NCBI GenBank assembly: GCA_036403155.1
Contig: DASWRM010000045.1
Span: 44,062 to 108,061, forward strand
Direction of reading: 5' to 3'
Source: Gaiellales bacterium
Lineage (GTDB): Bacteria > Actinomycetota > Thermoleophilia > Gaiellales > JAICJC01
DNA length: 64,000 nt
Below are positions 26,989-35,698 of the stretch, in pieces. Position numbers and translations under genes: made by a program. Every line of letters starts with the position of its first letter. Position 1 is the stretch's first letter. The notes under the pieces are model-generated. The model was not told the origin of the DNA. It made no database searches and worked only from the letters and a program-made list of their open reading frames with translations.

Positions 26989-29620
26989 ATGAAGATCTCC
27001 GCACGCGACATGGCCTCGCCCGACCGCCTGAGCCAGGCGGTGGCGTCGGCGCGGATCGTGATCGGGGCGGCACTGGCGATCGTGGCGTTCGGGTTCGCGG
27101 GATCGTCGGGCATCCAGTTCGGGGTGATGCTGCTCGCGGCGGCCACCCTCGCCGGGCTTGGCGTGCTCCAGCTCGTGCGACGGCAGGCGCCGCGGGTCCC
27201 GGGCGAGGGAGAGGAGCGGTTCCGCTCGCTTGCCGAGCACGCGCCGGTCGGCATCTTCCGCGCGGACGCAGAGGGGTGGATCACCTATGTCAATCCACGC
27301 GGCTACCAGATCGCCGGCATCGGGCCGGACGACCTGGCCGAGGGGCGCGGCTGGGCTGCCTTCATCCACCCGGATGACCGCGACATGGTGTTGGAGGTGT
27401 GGGACGACGCACGCGACCGTCCCAGGCCGTTTCAGCTCGCGTACCGGTTCGTCCGGCCGACCGGCGAGGTGCGCTCGGTCGTGCAGTTGTCCGTGCCGGT
27501 ATGGGACGCCCAGGGCAAGCTCGCGGGGTTCGAGGGCACCTGCGACGACGTGACTGAGCGCCTCGCCGCCGAGCAGGCGCTGCGCGAGTCCGAGCAGCGC
27601 CTTCGCGACGTGTTCGACAACGTCGACCTGCTGGCCACGATCACCGACGTCGGCGGCCGGATCGTCTACATCAACCATGCGCTCGCCGCGGCGTCGGGAC
27701 GCACACCCGCCGAGCTGATCGGCCGCGACTGGATCGACACGCTCAGCGCCGACGCTGACGCCGAGGTCGTCGAACATTTCTACAACGAGCTGCGTGAGGG
27801 CCGGATCGTGCGGCAGGGCGAGAACTCGATCGAGACGCCGGACGGGCAGGTGCGGCTGATCGCCTGGAGCAACACGATCCTGCGAAACGGCGACGGGACG
27901 GTGTTCGGGGCAGCGAGCATCGGGCAGGACATCACCGAGCGCCGGACCGCCGAGGCGAAGCTGCGGACGAGCGAGGAGCGGTTCCGGACGCTGTCGCAGA
28001 ACGCGCCCGTCGGAATCTTCCAGACCGATGGCGACGGCGGTTGCTCCTACGTCAACGAACGCTGGCGTGAGATGACCGGGCTGACGGTGGAGCAGGCGGC
28101 CGGGCGCGGATGGGGAGACGCGATCCACCGCGAGGACTTCGACCGAGTGGCAGCAGCGTGGCGGTCGGCACAGGAGGCGGGGGAGGGGTTCGAAACGGAG
28201 TTCCGGTTCGAGCGCCCGGACGGCAGGGTGGTCTGGACGCACGCGATCGCCGTGCCGATGCGCGACTGGAGTGGGGCCGTCAGCGGGTTCATCGGGACAT
28301 GCGCGGACATCACCGAACGGCGCCAGGCGGAGGCCGCGGTGGTCGATTCGGAGCGGCGGCTGCGAACCATCACAGACAACATGACGGACGTCATCTTCGT
28401 GTACGGCATGGATCACCGGCTGGTGTGGGTCACGCCGTCGGTGGAGGGGCTGACCGGCTACACGGTCGCAGAGCTGTTCGAGAAGAACACGCTCGATGAC
28501 GTACATCCCGAGGACGAGCCGCGTATGCTCGAGCTCTGGCGGGCGCTGTTCAGCGGTGAGGGATACACCGGCGCCGAGTTCCGGATCATCAACCGAGACG
28601 GTGCCGAGAAGTGGTGCTGGAGTGCGGGCAGCCCGCTCTACGACGAGAACGGCACGCAGATCGGCGTGCAGATTCGCGACGCCGACATCAGCCTCCGCAA
28701 GCAGGCAGAGCTGCGGCTGCGGGAGAGCGAGCAGCGGTCGCGGGCGATCATCGAGACGACCAGCGACGCGTTCCTCTCGGCCGACGGCAGCGGCGTCATC
28801 CAGGAATGGAACCGGTCGGCCGAGCAGATCTTCGGCGTGCCGCGCGCGGAGGCGATCGGCGCGAACATGTTCGAGCTGGTTGTGACGGAGTCCGGACGCG
28901 AGGCGCTCGAGCGCGGGCTCGGCTCGCTGGGCACGGATGGCGAGGCAACCGTCGAGGTCGTCGCCCGAAACCGCGAGTCGGGCGACTTCGCCGCCGGAAA
29001 TGCGGCTGTGGCCCATGCTCGTGGAGGGGTCGCTGACGCTGAACGCGTTCGTGCGCGACATCACCGAGCGGAAGCTGCGCGAGGAGCAGTTCACGTTCAT
29101 GGCCTACCACGACCCGCTGACGGGGCTGCCGAACCGGGCGATGCTCGAGCAGCACCTCGAGCTGGTGCTCGTCCGGGCGCGGCATGATGGCAGTGCCGCG
29201 GCACTGCTCTACCTCGATATCGACCGGTTCAAGTCGGTGAACGACACGTACGGCCACGAGGCCGGCGACCAGTTCCTGTGCGACGTGGCGGCCCGCCTGC
29301 GGGCGGCGGCCCGATCGGGCGACCTCGTCGTTCGGCTGGGCGGCGACGAGTTTGTCGTGGTGCTCGGCGACCTCCCCGCAGCCGCAGCGGCCGAGGTCGC
29401 GTCCGCGGTGGCGCAGCGGGTGCACGAGGGGCTGTCCCAGCCGTTCGACGTAGCCGGCGCGCGGTTCGAGACCAGCGCGAGCGTCGGCATCGCGCTGTTC
29501 CCCGATGACGGGGCGGATCCCGCCTCGCTGCTGACGTCCGCGGACACCGGCATGTACGCAAGCAAGCGGGCCGGCCGCGGGCGGACGTCGTTTCCTGTAG
29601 GCAGCCGGCGAGCGGCGTAG
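26989..29620 (+). pseudogene. membrane-anchored multi-PAS sensor diguanylate cyclase (GGDEF); the frame is broken by a +1 shift near 28988-28998
   Basis: ORF 26845..29187 encodes TM segments plus about five PAS repeats (repeated ..ERFRSLAEHAPVGIF.., ..DITERR.AE..). ORF 28937..29620, in the next frame, continues the last PAS (PPEMRLWPMLVEGSLTLNAFVRDITERK) and encodes the GGDEF domain (RSGD I-site, RLGGDEF). The two frames join within ttcGCCGCCGGaaatg. Confidence 0.6.
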
Positions 29621-29621
29621 C

Positions 29622-29678
29622 GCAACGAATCTGCGACGAAAAGGTGCGTGAAAAAAACGTGCCCGGCACCTTTTTTTC
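29622..29678 (+). repeat. 57-nt AT-rich repeat, copy 1, with a terminator-like palindrome
   Basis: GCAACGAATCTGCGACGAAAAGGTGCGTGAAAAAAACGTGCCCGGCACCTTTTTTTC begins 2 nt after the GGDEF stop codon. The core A7-C-GTGC-CCG-GCAC-C-T7 is a hairpin flanked by A and T runs. Confidence 0.85.
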
Positions 29679-29735
29679 TCCGGCCATCGTCTGACCGAGC
29701 AAGCGTTCGGCCCAGTCCAGCCGCCGACCCGCCCT

Positions 29736-29792
29736 GCAACGTATCTGCAACGAAAAGGTACGTGAGAAAAACGTGCCCGGCACCTTTTTTTC
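29736..29792 (+). repeat. 57-nt AT-rich repeat, copy 2
   Basis: GCAACGTATCTGCAACGAAAAGGTACGTGAGAAAAACGTGCCCGGCACCTTTTTTTC matches copy 1 at 53 of 57 positions. The period is 114 nt. Confidence 0.85.
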
Positions 29793-29838
29793 ACCCCAGC
29801 GTTCTAGCCCTTGCTTTGTCCCTGACACAATCGGCGCG

Positions 29839-30558
29839 ATGGTCGAGGAACCGCTGAGTGGTGGCAACTGGACGGTGGGTGTCGTCCGTGTCGATGACAC
29901 TGTCCGCCGCCCGCGCACTGCGCGATCCGACTTCACGGCGAAGCTCCTGGTACACCTGCGGTCCGCCGGCTATACCTTCGCCCCGCGATATCTGGGCGTC
30001 GACGCCCAGGGTAGGGATACATTCGAGTTCATCCCCGGAACCATTACGAGCGATCCGTCCGAGCGTGATGAGGCATCCTATGCCGCCGCCGGTGCGATGC
30101 TCCGCGGACTGCACGACCTCACCACCGGGCATCCGCTCGCGGGCGTCCGCCAGTGCGTGATCCATCGCGACGCCGGGCCTTTCAACACGATCTTCCGGGA
30201 CGGTATGCCGGTCGCGTTCATCGATTGGGACGGCGCTCGTCCAGGCCCGTGGATGGTCGACCTGGCGTACCTCGGGTGGACCTGGTGTATTCAGAGCAAC
30301 GGCACACCCGCGATTCGCGATCAGGCGCGTCGCCTCCGCGAGCTTCGGGACGGCTACGGTCGAGGCGACTCCCACGCGTTGCTTGTGGCGATCCTTCGCA
30401 AGCAGCGCTACATCGCCCGAGTGTCCGAAGCGCTGGCCGCGCGGCCGGGACAGGCGGAGCACTACTACGCCCACCACCGACGTGCGGTTGAGTGGGCGGT
30501 CTCCGACCACCGTCTGACCGAGCAGTCGTTCGACCTGTTCCTGGCTGCCCTGCGCTAA
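29839..30558 (+). CDS. aminoglycoside/choline-kinase-like phosphotransferase (APH family), paralog 1
   Basis: Catalytic loop VIHRDAGPFN (HxDxxxxN) and the metal-binding IDWD. The N-terminus GGNWTVGVVRVDDTVRRP parallels the second copy. Its GC content is visibly lower than that of the surroundings. Confidence 0.7.
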   Translation: MVEEPLSGGNWTVGVVRVDDTVRRPRTARSDFTAKLLVHLRSAGYTFAPRYLGVDAQGRDTFEFIPGTITSDPSERDEASYAAAGAMLRGLHDLTTGHPLAGVRQCVIHRDAGPFNTIFRDGMPVAFIDWDGARPGPWMVDLAYLGWTWCIQSNGTPAIRDQARRLRELRDGYGRGDSHALLVAILRKQRYIARVSEALAARPGQAEHYYAHHRRAVEWAVSDHRLTEQSFDLFLAALR

Positions 30559-30593
30559 CACTGCCGAGCGTGTGAGTTCGGCCCACTCAGCTG

Positions 30594-31346
30594 CTATGCC
30601 GGGCGAACCAGCCGAAACGCAATGAACGCGGGATTCGCCCGCAGGTGCTCCCAATCGTCCGGCCACTCGGACCGCATCGCGTCGTCGGGGAGCGGCTCGA
30701 CCAGCCGCTCGATAAGAAAGCCGGCGTCGGCGATCGCGGCGCACAGCGAGGTGAGCGGCTCGCGCCAGAAGCGCACCTCCCAGACCGCCTCACCGCCCAG
30801 CTTCCAGGTGTCCACCTCCTCCTGCACGGCGAAGTACGAGCCGCCCTTGCGCAGCCAGTCGGCAGTCGGGTGCTGCGTTGACATCACGACATGCCCGCCG
30901 GGCCGCAGCACGCGGTGGAACTCCCGCAGCGTTGCCGCGCGGTCGGCGACGTAGTGGATCACCAGCGCCGACACCACCAGGTCGAACGATCCGTCGTCGA
31001 ACCGGAGCGGCTGCTCGAGGTCGGCTCGCTGGACCACCGCGCGGTCGCCGAGACGCTCCTGAGCCAGTCGAACCATCCGCTCGCTCGAGTCGACGGCGAC
31101 CACGTCGGCGCCCGAGGCAGCCAGCTGTTCGGCGTAGAGCCCCGGCCCGCAGCCGGCGTCAAGCACGCGGAGCCCCGCCACCTCGCCGGCCAGGCCGAGC
31201 ACCGCCGGCCGGTCGTAGTGGGCGTTGTACGCGTTGTGCTGCGCGTAGCGCTCGAACGCCTCAGCGAGATCGTCGTACTGCGTCACCGGCCGGCGACGAT
31301 ACCTCCTCGGGTCTACTCCGGTCGTCTTGCCTCCGCCGGCACCCAA
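30594..31346 (-). CDS. class I SAM-dependent methyltransferase
   Basis: Motif I VLDAGCGPGLYAEQL and post-I DVVAVDSS. The start is uncertain (ATG 31346 or GTG 31286). Confidence 0.85.
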   Translation of the reverse strand: MGAGGGKTTGVDPRRYRRRPVTQYDDLAEAFERYAQHNAYNAHYDRPAVLGLAGEVAGLRVLDAGCGPGLYAEQLAASGADVVAVDSSERMVRLAQERLGDRAVVQRADLEQPLRFDDGSFDLVVSALVIHYVADRAATLREFHRVLRPGGHVVMSTQHPTADWLRKGGSYFAVQEEVDTWKLGGEAVWEVRFWREPLTSLCAAIADAGFLIERLVEPLPDDAMRSEWPDDWEHLRANPAFIAFRLVRPA

Positions 31347-31366
31347 ACCGAACTACCGTCCTCCGC

Positions 31367-32089
31367 ATGCCCGATGCGTCCGACCCGCGCGACGTCGCGG
31401 AGGTTTCCTTGACCGGCGGCTTGATGACAGCCGGTGTCGTCCGCGTGGGCGACACCGTCCGTCGTCCGACCGGAGATCACTCACCGTTCGTGCACGAGAT
31501 GCTCCTCCAGCTTCACGCGCATGGCGTCGCGGCGTGTCCGCAGTTTCTCGGAGTCGACCCTCGGGGCCGCGAGATCCTGACGTACCTTCCCGGCTGGGTG
31601 CCGCCGAACCTCGAGCACCGGCGCTGGGACGACGGCCAGATCGTCGCCGCAGCTCGCATCGTGCGCGAGGTGCACGATGCGACCGCCGCATCACCGATCG
31701 CCGACGGCTCCCAGGTCGTCTGTCACGGCGACCTGTCGCCGTGCAACTTCGTGTTCGTCGACGGCATCCCGAGGTATCTGATCGACTTCGATTCCGCCCG
31801 TCCCGGCACCCGGCGCGCCGACCTGGCGTACATGGCGTGGATGTGGCTGATCGGCGATGAGAATTCTTCCGAGAGCCCGCCCCCGGCTGACCGGCTCGTC
31901 CAGCTGGGGCTGATGCTGGAGACGTATGGCCTCGACGACCGCCGGAGGTTCGCCGAGGCCATCGGCCGGCGTCAGCTGGCCGTGCGCGAGTCGATGGTCG
32001 CCCGGGGGTCGAGTCCGTCCTGGGTCGAAGGCGAGATTCGATTTGTCGAGCGGCACGCGCGCGAGATCGATGCCGCTGCGCTGGATTGA
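31367..32089 (+). CDS. aminoglycoside/choline-kinase-like phosphotransferase (APH family), paralog 2
   Basis: VCHGDLSPCN (HxDxxxxN) and IDFD. The N-terminus is GGLMTAGVVRVGDTVRRP. Confidence 0.7.
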   Translation: MPDASDPRDVAEVSLTGGLMTAGVVRVGDTVRRPTGDHSPFVHEMLLQLHAHGVAACPQFLGVDPRGREILTYLPGWVPPNLEHRRWDDGQIVAAARIVREVHDATAASPIADGSQVVCHGDLSPCNFVFVDGIPRYLIDFDSARPGTRRADLAYMAWMWLIGDENSSESPPPADRLVQLGLMLETYGLDDRRRFAEAIGRRQLAVRESMVARGSSPSWVEGEIRFVERHAREIDAAALD

Positions 32090-32191
32090 CGGTCCCCGCG
32101 CTGACCGCCCGCCCCGCCGGTAGACTTTCCGCGACGTACGACGACGAGAGGGGCCGAGGTGAACGACTCGTATTCGCGCTGGTGGGTGCTG

Positions 32192-32222
<31 letters not shown>

Positions 32223-32260
32223 CGATGATGATCCACGTCTCCAAGTAGCGCCACCGTCAG

Positions 32261-33658
32261 GTGACCGCCGTCTCGGCTGAGATCGTCAGCCGCAACCCCG
32301 CAGACCCCGACGATGTGGTGCTCGCCGTCTCACCGTCGGGCGGCATCGACGTCGATCGCGCGGTGGGCACCGCCCGTGGGGCTGCCGGCGCCTTCGCCCG
32401 AATGCCGGCCCCGGCCCGCGGCGAGGCGCTGCGCGCGGCGGCCGACGCTCTCGCCGACCGCGCGGACGAGCTCGCCGGCCTGGTGGTGCGTGAGGTCGGC
32501 AAGCCGATCACGGAGTCCCGAGGCGAGATCGCCCGGGCCGTCGCGATCCTCCGGTTCTATGCGGGCGTCGTGCTCGATCCCGAGGGCGAGTCCTATCCGC
32601 CCGCCGACGGCCGCTCGCTGCTCCTCACCCGCCGGGCTCCGCGCGGCGTCGTGGGCCTCATAACGCCGTGGAACTTTCCGATCGCGATCCCCGTCTGGAA
32701 GCTTGCTCCGGCGCTTGCGTACGGCAACGCCTGCGTCTGGAAGCCGAGCGAGCACGCGCCGGCATGCGCCGCCGTACTGACGGAGCTGCTGGCCGAGCAC
32801 CTGCCAGAGGGCGTCGTCCAGCTGATCCAGGGTGGCGGCGAGGCCGGCTCCGCGCTCGTCGCGCATCCCGACGTGACGGCCGTCTCCTTCACGGGCTCCG
32901 AGCGCGTCGGCCGTGGCGTCGCTGTCGCGCTTGCCGAGCGCGGCGCTGCGGCGCAATGCGAGATGGGTGGCCAGAACGCCTCGATCGTGCTTGCCGATGC
33001 CGACATCGAGGCCGCCGCTGCGATGATCGCCTCCGCGGCGATGGGCTACGCCGGGCAGAAATGCACCGCCACCGGCCGCGTCGTCTGCGAGGCGCCCGTG
33101 CTGCCCGCGATGCGCGATGCACTGGTCGCCGCGGTCGAGCGGATGACCATCGAGCACCCCGACGATGCCGGCTGCCAGGTCGGCCCGTTGATCAGCTCGC
33201 AGGCACGGGACGCCGCCGTGGCGGCCGTCACCCGCGCGACGGAGTCCGGCGGCAGGCTGCTCACCGGCGGCCGGGTGCTCGACACGCCCGGCCATTACCT
33301 GACCCCCACGCTGATCGAGGTCGACGATCCCGGTGCCGAGATCGCGCAGCGGGAGGTGTTCGCGCCCGTCTGTGCCCTGCTCGAGGCGGCCGACGCCGGC
33401 CGGGCGGCAGAGATCTCGCGCGGCGTCCGCTACGGGCTTTCGACCGCGGTCTACACCCGGGATCTCGACCGCGCGCTCGAGCTCGTCCGCAGTCTCGACA
33501 CCGGCCTCGTGCGGATCAACCAGCCCACCGCGGGCGTCGACTTCCACGTGCCGTTCGGCGGCGAGAAGGCGTCGGGATTCGGCCCCCGCGAGCAGGGCCG
33601 CGCAGCGCGGGACTTCTATACATCGACCCGCACGGTGCTCGTCTCGCCGTCGCGCTGA
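32261..33658 (+). CDS. NAD(P)-dependent aldehyde dehydrogenase
   Basis: FTGSERVG, CEMGGQNA, and the catalytic Cys in YAGQKCTATGR. Confidence 0.85.
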   Translation: MTAVSAEIVSRNPADPDDVVLAVSPSGGIDVDRAVGTARGAAGAFARMPAPARGEALRAAADALADRADELAGLVVREVGKPITESRGEIARAVAILRFYAGVVLDPEGESYPPADGRSLLLTRRAPRGVVGLITPWNFPIAIPVWKLAPALAYGNACVWKPSEHAPACAAVLTELLAEHLPEGVVQLIQGGGEAGSALVAHPDVTAVSFTGSERVGRGVAVALAERGAAAQCEMGGQNASIVLADADIEAAAAMIASAAMGYAGQKCTATGRVVCEAPVLPAMRDALVAAVERMTIEHPDDAGCQVGPLISSQARDAAVAAVTRATESGGRLLTGGRVLDTPGHYLTPTLIEVDDPGAEIAQREVFAPVCALLEAADAGRAAEISRGVRYGLSTAVYTRDLDRALELVRSLDTGLVRINQPTAGVDFHVPFGGEKASGFGPREQGRAARDFYTSTRTVLVSPSR

Positions 33659-33692
33659 CGCCGCCTGGTACTATCGGTCACGAGGTCTATAA

Positions 33693-34391
33693 GTGGCCAA
33701 CGGCTCAACGGTGAAGGTGGCCGCCGACGTGGCGGCGTTCGCGTTTCTCGATGGCGCCATGCAGGTGCTGCTCGTGAGGCGCCGCTACGAACCGTACGAG
33801 AGCTACTGGGCGCTGCCCGGCGGTGGGCTCGACCCGGACGAGACGCTGGAGCAGGCCGCCGAGCGCGAGCTGCAGGAGGAGACGGGCGTCTCCGACGTCT
33901 TCATGGAGCAGCTGGCCACCTTCTCGGAGCTCGACCGCGATCCGCGGGGGCGTGTCATCTCGTGCTGCTATCTCGCGCTCGTCGACGGGGCGCGCGTCAC
34001 GCTGCGCGCCGGGTCGGACGCCCGCGAGGCGGCGTGGCGCCCGCTCGAGGAGCTGCTCGGCGAGATCGAGCGCGGCCCAGTTCTCGCATTCGACCACGAC
34101 CGCATCCTCCAGTACGCGCGGCAGCGTCTCGCATACAAGCTGGAGTACCAGAACGTCGCCTGGAGCATGCTCCCCGAGCGGTTCACCATGAGCGAGCTGC
34201 GGCACGTGTACGAGGCGGGCATCGGCCGGGCGTTCGAGCCGAACAACTTCCGCCGGATCGCGCTCGGGTGGGGCGTCCTCGCGGAGGCCGGCGAGCGTCC
34301 GACCGGCGGCCGGCCCGCGACGCTCTACCGATTCGCGGAGCGCCGCCCCCAGATCCTTGCAGAGAGCGCTCGCTACCGGCGGGCGACATGA
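33693..34391 (+). CDS. nrtR: NrtR-type Nudix-related transcriptional regulator
   Basis: Nudix box GGGLDPDETLEQAAERELQEETGV, then a C-terminal winged-helix-like domain (FTMSELRHVYEAGIGRAFEPNNFRR). It lies immediately upstream of the NAD salvage genes. The exact start is uncertain (GTG 33693 or 33711). Confidence 0.7.
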   Translation: MANGSTVKVAADVAAFAFLDGAMQVLLVRRRYEPYESYWALPGGGLDPDETLEQAAERELQEETGVSDVFMEQLATFSELDRDPRGRVISCCYLALVDGARVTLRAGSDAREAAWRPLEELLGEIERGPVLAFDHDRILQYARQRLAYKLEYQNVAWSMLPERFTMSELRHVYEAGIGRAFEPNNFRRIALGWGVLAEAGERPTGGRPATLYRFAERRPQILAESARYRRAT

Positions 34392-35698
34392 GCCTCTGCC
34401 CGCCCACCGAGCTCCTCACCGACCGCTACCAGCTCGCCATGGCCGCGTCGTACCTCGCCCAGGGGCGCGCGGACGACCGGGTCGCTTTCGAGCTGTTCGT
34501 TCGCGAGCTGCCACAGCACCGGGGCTACCTGATCGCCGCCGGCCTCGAGACCGCCGTGCGGTACCTCGAGGGCCTGCACTTCGACGAGCGCTCGCTCGAG
34601 TACCTGGAGCGCTCCCACACCTGCGACCGGCCGCTGCTCGAGGTGCTGGCCACCATCCGCTTCGAGGGCGACGTCGACGCCATGCCCGAGGGCACGGCGG
34701 CGTTCGCGACCGAGCCGCTGCTGCGCGTCGAAGGCCCGCGGCTGGTCTGCCAGCTGGCCGAGTCCTACCTGCTCAACCTGATCAACTTCCAGACGCTGAT
34801 CGCCACGAAGGCCGCCCGGGTGGTGCAGGCGGCCGCCGGCCGCCCGGTGGTCGACTTCGGCTTCCGCCGCGCGCACGGCGGTGAGGCGGGCGTCCTCGCC
34901 GCGCGGAGCGCGTACATCGGCGGCGTCATCGCCACCGCGACCGTCGCGGCCGGGTTCGAGTGGGGGATCCCGACATCGGGGACGATGTCGCACAGCTACG
35001 TGATGGGGTTCCCATCGGAGCTCGACGCATACTGCGCGTTCCTGCGAGACCAGCCGGAGCGGCCGACGCTGCTGATCGACACCTACGAGACGATCGAGGG
35101 TGCGCGGCTCGCCGTGCGCGCCGCGGCGGTGACCGGTGTCACCCCGGCGGCCGTGCGCCTCGACTCGGGGGACGTCGATGCGCTCTCACGCCAGGTGCGC
35201 GCGGTGCTCGACGAGGCGGGCCTCGTGGCGACCGGAATCTTCTGCTCGGGCGATCTCGATGAGTACCGGATCGACGAGCTCGTGCAGGCCGGCGCGCCCA
35301 TCGACGGATTCGGCGCCGGCACACGCCTCGTCACCGGTGGCGACGCGCCCGCGTTGGGCGGCGTCTACAAGCTGGTCGAGAGCGCGGGGCGGCCGGTCAT
35401 GAAGCGGTCGTCCCGCAAGGCAACGCTGCCCGGACGGCATCAGGTCTACCGGTCGCCGGGCGGCGACACGATCGGCCTGATGGTCGAGGAGCTGCCGGGA
35501 CGGCCGCTGCTCGAGCCGGTGCTTCGCGGCGGCAGGCGGGTGGCGGGCGCCCCGTCGCTCAACGACATCCGCGACCATGCGCGGCAGGGGCACGCGGCGC
35601 TTCCCGAGCGGGTGCGCGCGCTCACCGATCCGGCTACCGTCCGGGCGGCGCTCTCACCGGCCGTGGAGGCGCTGCGAGACGAGCTCATCAATGCCTGA
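34388..35698 (+). CDS. pncB: nicotinate phosphoribosyltransferase
   Basis: ATGA overlap with nrtR. LLTDRYQLAMAASY, FGFRRAHG, GTMSHSYV and LIDTY are NAPRTase motifs. Confidence 0.85.
   Translation: MSLCPPTELLTDRYQLAMAASYLAQGRADDRVAFELFVRELPQHRGYLIAAGLETAVRYLEGLHFDERSLEYLERSHTCDRPLLEVLATIRFEGDVDAMPEGTAAFATEPLLRVEGPRLVCQLAESYLLNLINFQTLIATKAARVVQAAAGRPVVDFGFRRAHGGEAGVLAARSAYIGGVIATATVAAGFEWGIPTSGTMSHSYVMGFPSELDAYCAFLRDQPERPTLLIDTYETIEGARLAVRAAAVTGVTPAAVRLDSGDVDALSRQVRAVLDEAGLVATGIFCSGDLDEYRIDELVQAGAPIDGFGAGTRLVTGGDAPALGGVYKLVESAGRPVMKRSSRKATLPGRHQVYRSPGGDTIGLMVEELPGRPLLEPVLRGGRRVAGAPSLNDIRDHARQGHAALPERVRALTDPATVRAALSPAVEALRDELINA

Noticed and set aside
29648-29857. The 69-aa ORF spanning the tandem repeats (MKKTCPAPFF...KTCPAPFF...).
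   Set aside because: Its internal repeat only mirrors the DNA repeat. It is AT-rich, terminator-like sequence with no RBS, so it is not credible as coding.
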